Assembly (NCBI GenBank): GCA_977030845.1
Contig: OZ365115.1
Span: 11,284,001-11,348,000, forward strand
Length of the DNA: 64,000 nucleotides
Reading direction: 5' to 3'
DNA from: Fimbriosthenelais zetlandica
Taxonomy: Eukaryota
Shown here: positions 35,800-47,990 of the stretch, one piece after another
Position numbering within the stretch: position 1 is the stretch's first letter
How the letters are laid out: every line of letters starts with the position of its first letter
Notes under the pieces: generated by a model
Seen by the model: the letters and a program-made list of their open reading frames with translations, nothing else
Told to the model about the DNA's origin: nothing
Database searches by the model: none
Position numbers and translations under genes: made by a program

Positions 35800-38700
35800 C
35801 TGCAGACACGAGAATTACAAGAAATTCGTACATTTCGCTCAATGCGGTACGTTTTTCTTGGAAAGGACTAAATCGGAAGTTTTCAGAACTTTTGGGTGCC
35901 TAAAATGCTATTAGATCATTTTATGTTGTTCGTTGATTATTTCTGCATACTTTGAAGATTCATTTAAACATCTTTGTTGATCATAATGTCGATCATGTCT
36001 ATCGGTCATACGACCTCAGTTGATCAAATATATACCCTCACACATCTCACAATGCGAAAACTACATCTTCAAAATCACAAATGTACCAAATTGTTTTACC
36101 ACCACTTTAGTGAAATTATATATTATATAATCTCACTAAAGTAACCATCTCACTATAACGACTACAATTAGTTTAGTCCCAAGGGTGGTCGCCTTCGCAA
36201 GACCCCCCTATAGAAGCCTTTCAACTGTTCTCGGAGCAGCAATCTTGATTGGGGCAAATTTATACTTCTGCCACCCAAGTGTCTATTCAATAGCTCATCC
36301 TTGACATAATATAGACTATATTTGTTATTTTAAGTACTGGTATTTTAGTGGAGTTTGTAATACGATCCAGGGAGGTAGAACACCAGTGTCTAGATTACAC
36401 TGATAAGACCTTACCTATGGAGTTATCTGATGGTAAATGTCAACGGGGATGGGTCTATCACATCATAGTTTGAAGCTGTTGGGGACTGTTGGCAATTGTA
36501 CAGGGACAATGTATTATATAATGTACCAATTAACTGCAACTTGAACCAAGAATTAAGGATAGCCCCTCCCAAATTCAAAAACAACGATAATGATAAATAT
36601 GGAGTGACATAATAAAGTGGCTTAATTGAGGGGATTGGGGTGTGCTTGGCTTAGGGTGAAGAAACCAGAACTTTTTTTCAGATCAATTTCCAGGGTCATA
36701 TTGTGATGAGGGAAAGCCCCTCGCCATTAGATAGACAGTGCAGTGGGAGACATGACTGACCTTTTACAAGCCTCTCATTATAGACAATAAAACAAAAGAC
36801 ATGCCTCTTACAGACCCCTCTTACAACCCACAATAATTAATGTATAGGAGACCTTTCGCAACAAAATATTTTCTAGATTACGTTTCCTTTACCCACCTTT
36901 GTTTTCAACTTTTTTCTTTGGCCTGCCTCTTTTCTTTGGAACTTTGGGAAGTCCATTGGTCATCAGTGACCTCACTTTATTTCCTTTCTCCTTCGGCATT
37001 TTATTGGTTTCTAGGATCAAAGAGGCTAAAACAATCTTCTAAATGAGTCTGTTGTCTCCTGGCTGCAAATGAGTGTTGTGTCTCAAATCTGGATGATGTT
37101 ATAACAGGGGATCCAAACATATATAACTCCAAAGTTATGGACTATATATCACCCACACAAATGTGCATATCTAGCCCGGTATTTCCTAGCACTTCATACA
37201 AAAGATGGGATCCGATAAATTACGGACAATCGTGGTAAAAAGCTAGGTGCCTTTGCGGCAAATATCCAATACATTAACTGAGATCCACTTCCTGAGTTGT
37301 TATGTCTGTCTTGAAATTGTAATTCCCTACCAAATGAACTTGTAGGGATTGAAATGTTCCTGTAGTACTTCAGCGATTAAGTTATGAAATACCTCTCCAT
37401 AAAGCCATCTGAAGATATATATACATATCCTATATCCAGTCTTCTCAGAACATCCTTATAGGACAGAGCAGTTTGATTTCAGAATGGACAACACACCTGG
37501 CCTTGTTGCCATAACAACAGTCCTTGCCAGGGGGGAATTTAAGAAGCAATTGTCTGTGAAACCTTCTGGTGGCTTATCAGTACCATATAGGTACACCCAG
37601 CGATACCATCAAAAACAAACATACAAGACTATAGTCAATATTGGTGATCATATCTTCATACTACAAGCACTGTATGCTATGGACAATTATAGCCTTTATG
37701 ATCTTGCAAAAAATCATATATCCTTCATTGTATGCTCGAATTCCACTCAATTGATCAGTGGAAGAATTTAATATGTTGTATTTGCTTATCTTGCTACTTG
37801 GCTGAGTCCTAGTTGAGTTGAATTTCAGGTTCCAGGACTATCATCTTCAAAGATTTTTATCACTATTAGAATCATATCTTAAATGGCTATATTTTGAGGT
37901 TTAAAGACTATGCATGTCTTGAGAAGATTCATGACGTGTGAGGGATTAATGCATCATTGATTTTTCTAATACAGTTCCCAGTATTTACCGAATTTACGTT
38001 CCGAATTAGCACTGTATGTATTTCCCAGGGATAGTGTCCAATCAACCATGGAAATTCTTTGTCCGTACTGAGGAGTTGGATTAATCTCTATATGAGCCTT
38101 GTTTTCAAATGACTCGAAACTTGTAAAATCCGAGCAATAATTATTAAGTGTGGGCGACATAAGAAGCCATAGTTAAGCCATCAAGTCAGCCGTATCCCAC
38201 CCGACGTTTATCCAACTGTGATTTTAAGATGGATAATCTGGGATTAATGTTTTAACAGGTGCATTACCTGCAAAATCAGGGAAAAGAATCTACAACTCCT
38301 GTCAGGTAGTGATATAAGTGCCTTTTGTTAAACATAATATATATGTAAGTCACTTCATCCCAAACATAAAAAGATAGCTATCATATACGAACAGAAGAAC
38401 AGAGGGGATAAATTTAAATTCTCTTGATTTTATATGACATTTTTCTGATAAGCTATGGGGTTTAAATCTTGCTTTAATCACCTTGAATCCCATGCAGAAG
38501 TCCAGCTCAACTTGTATACCTCCCCCAAGATAATATTTCTAAACTGTTCAACCTATAATTCTTCAATTGCCTATTGCCCTGCTTTAAAAAGTTTCATCGT
38601 GATCATGGGCAAAATTTCCCATTTTTTCCAAGTTCTTTTTCAAAGACTTTTAACATTAATTTTCAAAAACTTGAACTGTAGACACTTTAATGTACAAAAT

Positions 38701-39649
38701 TGTGTCTAAATGTTGAAGGTGATTTGTTCAACAGTGTGAAGACTCAGTTTAGTTTTCACCCATATGTGTCTGTGGTTTAGAATAGGATCAATGTACGGTT
38801 GTTAGACACAGATTTACATTAAATCTCCATAAATCCCTCCTTCTGTTTGACAACCACCTATATACTCCAACACATCTCCCCCTCTTAATGCATCACTTCA
38901 CTCGAGCAAATTGCCCAAATTTCACTGAAAGTCTCACAAAACTTTAAGCCACTTCGCCAATATCCTTCGAATCACAAATCAGGACATGTAGGGCGATCCT
39001 CAATGTTTATCCTGTCATGGGTATATCCTTCGGGTATATCCAGTAGGGGTTAAGGAAGTTATCCGTGGATTGGGATGAGAGAGAAGAGAGTGTAAGGGCA
39101 TGTGTTACATGTGTACCTATGTGCCGTATCTGTGTTCGTGTGTGTTGTATGGGTGGTACACAACCACCACCTTTTACTTGGCTATCCTCCCCCGACATCC
39201 CTACTCCCTTCTACACCATCTTTTAACAAGGGTTTAACTAGTATTTATAACCTGGGGACAAACCAAGCTGGACGTCATTAGCAAGAAATATAGATGTAAC
39301 CTTAGAGTATACAGATGTAGCCAGATGAAGGAGATGGCTACAGCAGTAGCTCATTCAGCTCAATCTAATTAAGGTTTGCATAAACGTTGAAACATGATAG
39401 GATTGGGGGGTGGCGCAAACCGAGGTTGGTGGTTCGATCCCTGAACTGTCCAAAGCTTTTCGCTGCCTCCATTAAAATTTATATTTCTGTTCTATATGCA
39501 CCCATTTCAGTGGCATTTATGATATTTTGCCAGACTTAAAATCCTCCCTGTTCATAATAAATGAAGGTTCCTCAGCTGGAAGAGCCGAACCCTTGCCAGG
39601 TGGATAAAGTGTCTATAATTACAGAGCGTAGAGGGGAGTCATGCAAGAC

Positions 39650-40110
39650 TAATGCGAGAGGTTAGAGAGGAGGAGGAACGGATGGCTGAGAGAAGATGGA
39701 GGGCTGGATGTGGAAGAGAAGAGAGAGGTAACGAGGGGAAGCAGGGTTAGAGAAGGGGTAAGCGAAGGGAGGGAGGGATTTTAATAGGAGATGGAGAGGT
39801 GGATGTGGCAGAAATGACAAAATGTTGGGAAAGATGGAAGGGAAGCATAAAGAGGATGAGAAGAAGGGGTCAGAGACGGGGTAATGATAAGGGAAGGTGG
39901 TGATGGGAAGAAGGAGAAAGAGAAAAAAGTAGGGGAGAAGAAGAAGAAGGTGAGAACGAATGGGACCAGAAGGGGAGAAAAGGACAAGGATGAGAATGAG
40001 GGAGAAAGAGCACTGAAAGTTAATAGTAAGAGGATAGAAAGAAAGAATAGTTCGTGGGGGGGGGGGGGGGGGGGGATAAAGAGAGAAGGGTTATGACTTC
40101 CAAAGAAAGA
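39650..40110. repeat. Polypurine (GA-rich) low-complexity tract with long G homopolymer
   Basis: A/G-rich, with a G run of about 20 nt at ~40056-40075. Confidence 0.85.
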
Positions 40111-41566
40111 CATCCAAGAAGATGGCTGTTGGGTAAGAGAGGAGGCCCCATAGTCTATAACGAGGTAAAGAAGGTAACAGCTTGAAGTAGAAAGTTAATA
40201 GGTCCTAATGATAGACTTCCCACCTCCCTCACACCTCCACACCGACCCCAAGTCTCCACGGAGGTATCCTCCCTACGTCTGAACGTCTCAAGTGACGTCT
40301 GTGACGTTTAAATTCTAATACATCATACTGTCAGTAAAGAGAAGTGACATATCTAGGCTGTATGCGTCTCTCGATCACTGCTCAGAGTTTGGAAAAATAG
40401 GTGAAAAGTCTACACAAATTGTACACAGTGAAAACGATCGAAAACGGTAAAATGAACCTTCTCGCTCCTTAGGCTTTCTATTTTCAAATTGGGTTAATTT
40501 TGTATGTCTAATAATATAATAAGATTTGGATCCAGCCACTTTCTATTCCGTCATATCGTTCCTGTCTCCTGCTTAAAGTTAAACTAAGGAGACAACCTGA
40601 CCTATTATCTTTCACATCTCAATTACTACCATTGCTTCTATGGGGAATCCGCCCTATCATCGCTCATCAGTTGTCACAGCCTTAGGTGAAGGGCAAAACA
40701 ACACATTATCGCCCAATGCCCCGAGATCAATATTAAAGGGGCATTCAGACGTGATATATAGTGGATAACTTAACAAGCCAAAAAATCCTGGTGTAACAAC
40801 TCAACATCAAAGGATGCGTTGATCTAATGGAGAATGCCCAGAGGTGATGCAAGGGATCCATTTACGTTACTAGAATATGTTTTGGTTCATTATAGCCGAT
40901 AAAATGCCCCTTTAAGGCCTCTTGTAAACATGCCCCCCATGTATAGTGGCCCTCAAATGGCCTCAGGTGAACACACATACCAATTACCTGTCCACCTTTA
41001 ATAAGGGGTACCACCCACACAACTGTCACTATGTACTAATTAATCTAATGATAAACAAGCATCGATACGCACCTAACCTTCACTTATGTCTCCAAGAACA
41101 GAGAAAACATCTTGAAATTACTTTGTCAAGCTTCTATTCCAGAGGTCCCGCCCAATAGCAGATGGTTTTAATGGTACTTAAGTGGGAGGGGATTTCTATG
41201 GTAGGTGTGTCCGTAGAAACGTTGGTCATTTTTGTTTGGTCAGTTAATTAAAGGGCAGAAAATTGTACCAGATGGAGTGGAGGTATTTTGTTAGGCTTGA
41301 AATAGCAATGGGGATGGCTAAGTATAATAGGCCTAACTATATAGAACCATGCACTCTATACTGAATACTTAAAAAGTTGAGGATCGAATTAAATTAAACC
41401 GTCCATTGATATAAAATGGGCACATATGGCAAGAACATGATGTATAGGCCTGGAAGTAGGGGAATGAGTGTACATGAGAGGTCAGTTTTGGTCGGGTGAC
41501 CAGCATAGAAAAACTTGACTGCATAGTATAGGGCCTATACGCCCTCATGCAGGCACTGGGAAATAT

Positions 41567-41780
41567 TGCTGGCCTTTTACATGCCTCACCACAGACAGTC
41601 ACCAAACCAGTGTGAGACATGGCTGGCCTTTTACATGCCCCTCACCACATATAGTGGGAGACATGGCTGGCCTTTACATGCCCCTCACCACAGACAGTGG
41701 GAGACATGACTGGCCTTTTACATGCCCCTCACCACATATAGTGGGATACATGGCTGGCCTTTTACATGCCCCTTTTACAT
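41567..41780 (+). repeat. Minisatellite, ~44-bp unit, about 5 copies
   Basis: CTGGCCTTTTACATGCCCCTCACCACA...GTGGGAGACATGG recurs at 41569, 41623, 41667, 41710, 41754. Confidence 0.9.
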
Positions 41781-42460
41781 GAACAAGAACCAAATAGAAG
41801 AACCAAGATGAAGAACGTGAACAACAAGACTTAATGAATGAAGAACATGAAGAGGAAGAGGGGTAAAGAAAGCAGAGTTTGAGTGCATGATTATAAAGTA
41901 AACTTAGCCACTCATTAGTCAGAAGTTAACGAGCATGCTTGGCTTAATTAAAGCGTGGTGAGTGAGGCACATCAGGACGGAGTGTTGGTACAAGTGTATC
42001 ATTTGGCTAATTAGGGCCCCTCAGTTTCTAAATAATGGCCCTACCACTTTGCCCCCTACCACCAACTTGCAGGTGTCTCCAAACAGATTAATAACTAATC
42101 TGTATACTAGACTCCCGCTCATCCCTTCTCCTGTATGCTGTCAGACAGAAAACTGCCTAAAGTCACAAAGTATTGTTCGCAAAATTGTGACGAAATGTAC
42201 CTAAAAAAGTATACAGAATTGGAGCAGAAAACTAAAAATAAATTTGAGATCATTCAATGAATAGAAGTAACTATACCGGAAGTAATTTTGTGAAGAAGGT
42301 TAATCCTAAAATATTCCATAAAATCGGCTTCACCAAGAGCAAATTTTAATACTAAAGTCGTCCCCTCCCTTATTAACCATTCCATCTGCCCAGTACCAGA
42401 ATCCAAACTTGGCCTTTGCCAATAACTGCAATGTGATTTATGATTTTACACAAACCAGTT

Positions 42461-42790
42461 CGTCACTTCCGTCTCCAAACGAACTTCCTCTCCCCACTCC
42501 ACACGCTCAAATAATCCCTAATCAGACCACGTGATTAAGCTGGAGAAATAATACAAAAACGCCTTCATTAAAAGCGTCGTAGTGTTTCTCGCCGCCGCTA
42601 TGAGGTGTCGCTACGTCCGGGCGGCGATCGAGCGCTTGTCGTCGGCTCTGACAGATCACAGCAGTTTTGACCTTGTATGACCTCTAATTTTGCTAATTGC
42701 TGCAATTATTCTAAGTCCGATTGGTGACGCGCCGGACGCCGCTAATGATGTAAGTGTCAAGATGCAGAGGGCGCTGCGGTGATGGATGAG
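42461..42790. promoter_or_regulatory. CpG-rich regulatory element with ETS-CRE composite
   Basis: CGTCACTTCCG at 42461 (reverse complement CGGAAGTGACG), CACGTG near 42528, dense CpGs 42570-42790. Confidence 0.4.
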
Positions 42791-45700
42791 AAGCCTGACC
42801 CCCAAGATTCTGACACCAGGGGGAGGGGGGGGGGGGGGAGCAGATCGGAGGAAGGGGAAAAGAACAGGGCAAGATTAATAGAAGAGGAGAAGATATTAGA
42901 TAGAGAGATAGAAGAACAGTGAGTACATGGGTGTAGAACTGGAAAAGAAGATAACAAGTAAGATCTTGAAAGAAGAACAAGAGACATGACGAACAAGAAA
43001 ACAACAAAGAAAAGAAGTTGATGGAGGAACTAATCTATTAATAAAAGAAAGAGGAGAGGGCGACACCTTTTACTCATACACTACAATGCTAACATTAGCT
43101 GTAGCATTGTCTTTGAGTCTCATTATAGATATCCATACCTTATTATACAGGCTCCTTCAAGAGAGAGAACACTCCAATATTAAGATTCACGAGGAGACAG
43201 GAACTGATGGAATTAAAACTTTATTATTTAGTATTCTGGAGTGCTGAGTGAAGAGATGAGGAGGCGTGCAAGTCTCTAAATTGGTTCATATCAGATCAAA
43301 TTAGACAAATTCCAAGAGCAACAAGAATATTTCTTTGTAATAAACACTTGTAAACTCCTGAGACAAGGGCCTGAATATGGCCTGAATCTGTACCAATTAA
43401 CTTGCCTGCCGCCCTGGGCAGCATTGGCATATTAGTCCTACTTTGGACTTAAATAGGCATCACAGAACTTTGATAAAAGTTTTTGCTCAAGGTTTAAAGT
43501 CAGTTTTGCTCCATAGAAGTTTGACTAAGAGAAAATAGGAAACACAACCAGATTCATTTTTGTCATGTTAAGGTAACGATATTGCAAGACTAAACATGAC
43601 GTTGAAGTTAAAAGATAATTAAAAGATAAGGTATAAGTCCCATATAGAAGAGCAAAAAAAACCAATGTCAGTCCCATGGAAAGCAATTGTCAGGGCAGGA
43701 AATAGCATTGCAGCATAATTGCTGATAGAGAATTCTATCAGCTTTTGCTTCTAATTGATTCCAGGGCATGATTCATAATGCATGGAGTATGGGGCGGTAG
43801 GCAGTAGCTGAGACTTCAATATTTCATTAATTCCAGCAATTAGAGCTTGTGGGCAGAAAGGCTGAGGGCTAGGATGGTGCGAGGATGACACAAATTGTGA
43901 TACATGATCGGACTGGTGTTGGGGCATTAGTCTAATTAGTGACTAGAGGAAGCGATATTATTTCCCACCTCCAGGTTTAGGCTTTAATTGTTCATTGTTA
44001 ACAGTGTCTTGATTCTACAGGAACAAGCTCAGTGAATGCGATGTGTTTAAATGTGCAATGATGGAACATCAATATGAGTTATGACCTCACTTTTTATCAG
44101 ATGAACAAAAAGTGCAGCACTTCTGTATAATGAACATATTGGAAGTACACTCTATGAAGGTCTTCGTGAATGACATATCTTCACAATATTCATTGGGAAA
44201 AATTACAAATATTGGTGAAGAATGTTGGTTAAAATGCTGGTCCTGTATCAGCAAAGTGCACAATGGTTCACATCTGGAGTTACCCTGGGGTAGAGTGATC
44301 AAACCAATTATTTATAACTGGTGAAAGATACAATCTGAAAAATGTAACTTTCTACAGACTTTACACATTGGGAATCAGTGAGGAAGAAAACCCGGGCAAC
44401 TACTAGGCCCCCTTGTGGCTGGAAGACGTACCACATGCCAATTAACGAGCTAAACGTGGCTAGATCCTCACTGCCTCGTTTTGGCGCCAGCTGATTAGTT
44501 CAGCTTCTCGCCACATGGTTTCTATTGGCGCTCTCATCAGCGGAAGTGGCTGGATGCACTTGTACGCATGAGCACTGATGAAGTCCAGCTTTGGGACCTT
44601 CAGTGTGTATACAAGGGTGGGGCGAAAAATTGATTTTATCACTTTAAATACACCGAGCTTTGAATCAGTAAGTACAGTGGTTATACAATGAAATGTCACA
44701 ATAAAATATTGAGGTTCTTTATTCCTATTTCTGTTTTTGATATGACTGCAGCGTTTATTAGGCTCATGTAGCCTGCCTTATTATCACTCATTCTCATTCG
44801 GTGGCCACCACAATAATCCTTTTGCATGCTTTGATTTGATTGGTTGGAATCAATGGCATGGGTGACATCATAAACATGTCGACTAATCACATTTCTTCTT
44901 GCAAACACAGTTCGGTATGCCCCATATATTACCATCCCTTCATAATCAGTATAATATGTGGCTCATGATGTCTTCAAGTGCAATAAATGTACATAAAAAT
45001 CTTGTGGTGGCTTCATATAAATTAACCTCATTCAGTAGCGATAAATCAGTGTATTCTGATAATGGATTAGTAGAGCACATATTATACCCAGGAGGTATCA
45101 GTATTATAGCAAATATTCACCCAGATCCCTTCCAACATAGCTAATTAATTAGTCAAAACAATCACCCCCTTTTGTTCAAGTAATGAAAATATGATCTCAT
45201 TCTGCACGTGCTTCTTCATTCAATTATGCCTTCAATTAAGGCCAAGCGTGCATGGATCGGGATTGAAGACTAATTAAAAAGTCCCTCCTATCTTACATCT
45301 CTCAAATATGGCCACCCTCAGATCGGCGCGCGCATCCTGGGGCTTGGTTAGCCCTTCCGGGGCCCAGGATTAGATTCAATAGTCAGAATCTTGAGGGAAT
45401 GAAAAAGAGGATTATATGTTCGTACTCAGGGATTGTTTTCTCCTTTTTTTCTGCTAATTGGATTCTCTATGTGATTCATCACTTCTATTGTGTAATGTAC
45501 AAGTTGGTCATATGTCTGTGAATGCGGATAAAAGTTCACTGAACCGATGTTGTGTTGTTGTTGTTTGACTATATCATAGACAATACTTCAAAAGAAGTAT
45601 TTTTGCAGTTTTCCCATTGCCACATAATATTGCCGATTTCTAATTTGTATATGGGCACAGGAGAGACAAAATATTGTGTCTCCACCTACCACAAGATTTT

Positions 45701-45885
45701 CTTCTTTATATAAGCAGTGTTGACACTTCAGGGAAATATCAAACATGCAGAAGGCAAAAAGGCAAGACCAGCTATGAAAGTTGTACCCACTTCAGCTATT
45801 TTCTCTCCATCCATAATACTTCCAGACATCTCCTGACACAAATGATGCAAACACATTTATACCACATGTCCGAGAGCTTCAGAGT

Positions 45886-45899
45886 GTAACCATGGCAAC
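45886..45899. promoter_or_regulatory. RFX X-box
   Basis: GTAACCATGGCAAC. Confidence 0.5.
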
Positions 45900-46722
45900 T
45901 CAAGCTGTAGGTTGACAATTCATTGAGTAGGTAGGAACACTTAAGACCCAGTAGGGGTAGGGATTAGTCATTCAATGACACACCTCAATGCACCTCACTG
46001 CCTGCTAGCCTGGTCCCGACACCGATGAATGAAGGTGGGGGCAGGCGGAAGCCAGACGGGTGGCTTCCGTGTGTGGCTCAATGCTTGGGGCGGTCTCCTC
46101 TGGGGGCAAGGAGGAAACTCAGGGGGGCACTTAATGCTTCCTCTAGATCTCGTACTATTATGGTTTGGTGCATTTTAGGGAGAGGGAGAATGGACACCAA
46201 TACTGTATGTGATTTAAGTGAATTTAGAGGGACGGGGATTGAGCATGACCGTAGTAGGCTGATTGGCTTTCCATATTGTGAGTATCTTTACGTTTTGTGA
46301 CGTTTGAAAGAAAATTCGTCTATGCCTAACTTAAACTTTACTTATTTTTGCAAGGTATTATTGTGTTTCATAAGTACAAATATTATATAGATGCAAACAT
46401 ATGCTGAACGGTACGAAATGAGTATAGGCCTACTTTCCACTTGATACAAAGATTGTAACGTTTTTGTTTTGTTTTTTTAGTTAGAATATTTATAGAGCCT
46501 GTTATGGGTGAATACCAGCTCACAATCTTGATTACTCAAGTTTCTCATATGATTTTCAGCTGGGGGCTCTTTCTAAGTGCATTACTACATTGCCTTCTGT
46601 GCAATGGATATTTCTAGGTGCATGTGCTCTAGAACATATGTACAATTGTGAGGAGGTATGGGAAGTCATTTGGACTACAAATTTAATCATTATATAATTT
46701 TAAAACTTTAGAATGTACTCAC

Positions 46723-46812
46723 CATTTTTGTGGATATCGGTGGAGGGGGAATCAGTCTTGATCGATCCATCCTCTGCTTGCATTGACCTGGGTACTTTGA
46801 TTAAAACATCCA
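46723..46812 (-). CDS. Exon of an unidentified long minus-strand gene (xDVLIKVPRSMQAEDGSIKTDSPSTDIHKN; possible start Met inside)
   Basis: Acceptor gttttctctatttatag, donor AATG|GTGAGT. 90 nt (3n), open only in phase 1. Confidence 0.6.
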
Positions 46813-47228
46813 CTATAAATAGAGAAAACCAGACTTTTAATGATTAGTTTTTCAATGCATGGACAAATCAGAGTTATAGCCTTACAAGCAAGCAGGTGGT
46901 GTTTTGCGCCAAGTGGGCAGGCAGACAGGGGTTGTAGAAGTAGGAGGGGCACAAGATGAATGCATTTTGTAGATAAATATTTTGAAAGATTTTGATTAAA
47001 TTGTCATTAATTTGATGGGACTCGTTAAATATCTTTCAGCACTAAAATCTATTAAAATCCATATTACAATTATTAATTTTCATTGTTCTGTTGGGATTAT
47101 GGGTATAACATTTAAAATAGGGTAGTTTTACAATTCAGTTATAATCTAGAATTATATATCTTTTAAAATAAGAAAAAGAAGAGGACAAAAAAAGAAAAGA
47201 AGAAAAAAAGAAACCCAAATTGAAAGGC

Positions 47229-47242
47229 CCACTAGGTGGTGC
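47229..47242 (+). promoter_or_regulatory. CTCF-like site
   Basis: CCACTAGGTGGTGC versus core CCACYAGRKGGCGC (one mismatch). Confidence 0.4.
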
Positions 47243-47877
47243 CCCAGTCGCCCAACTCAATGTCCAGGCGTGTATAATTGATGTGCCTGTACGGACCGGT
47301 AAGCACCCGATCGGACGGTTCGCTCGAACCAGCAGATCGGAAGAAAATAGCATTTCAAGCCTGCTGATCTCTGACACTCGCTGCCACTGCGCAGGCCTGG
47401 GCCAAAGCTCAGTGCTCTCCACACCCCCCTGACGGATCCCGGGCACACTGGGCTGTTTAAAGCATTGGCGGCTACAATTGAATAGATTTCTTTCACTATT
47501 CAAGACTTGGAAAAGGCAGAGAAAGGACCAGGCATTAGAAGCCAAGGGCGTTTTGTCGCCATTATTCTTTTAATATTCATTAATCTTTCACATTGAACTC
47601 TGAGTGAAATTATTTTCTCATTTTGGGATTATGGCCTATTATGCCATTGCGGCCGCGAATTGATTTTCCATTTGTGGGCTTATAATGGGGCTGTATTCAT
47701 GCGCCAGGATGCCATTTCAACGTGCCAATGTCAATGCCAGCATCGCCCATTCACGCCCCTTGCACGAGAGAAAAGAGTGCCAAACAATGAAGGCCATTTG
47801 ACCTTAAAGGTCAGTTTGTATTCATACGCCCGCTCCGGAGGGGAGGTGTCAATGTCTGTTGAAGGTAATAGACTCAC

Positions 47878-47990
47878 CCCCTCACCTCCCTCTTCAATGC
47901 TTGACTTTTGCCACAAGCAAACCAACCGGAAGTTGGCCCAGCATTCAAGTGCGCATGTGCATGCGACGTCGATGTATGACGTCATGCTTG
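47878..47990 (-). promoter_or_regulatory. TATA-less promoter plus short non-coding first exon of the minus-strand gene
   Basis: Full CRE TGACGTCA 47977-47984, NRF1-like GCGCATGTGC 47951-47960, ETS CCGGAAGT 47926-47933, then donor GGG|GTGAGT at 47877, about 1 kb upstream of the 46812 acceptor. An in-frame TGA just before the donor makes this exon UTR. Confidence 0.5.

Noticed and set aside
37966-38160. 64-aa minus ORF downstream of the 38268 acceptor
   Set aside because: In the same frame as a phase-1 entry from 38267 but separated by two TAA stops; no usable acceptor or recognisable domain.
40056-40075. Long G homopolymer as a functional G-quadruplex
   Set aside because: Several such G/C runs occur within simple-sequence tracts; nothing specific supports function.
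7250-42210. Additional AG|GT junctions at ~42201 (TAG|GTACAT) and ~7258 (TAG|GTCATG)
   Set aside because: The regenerated donors are too weak to call as recursive sites.
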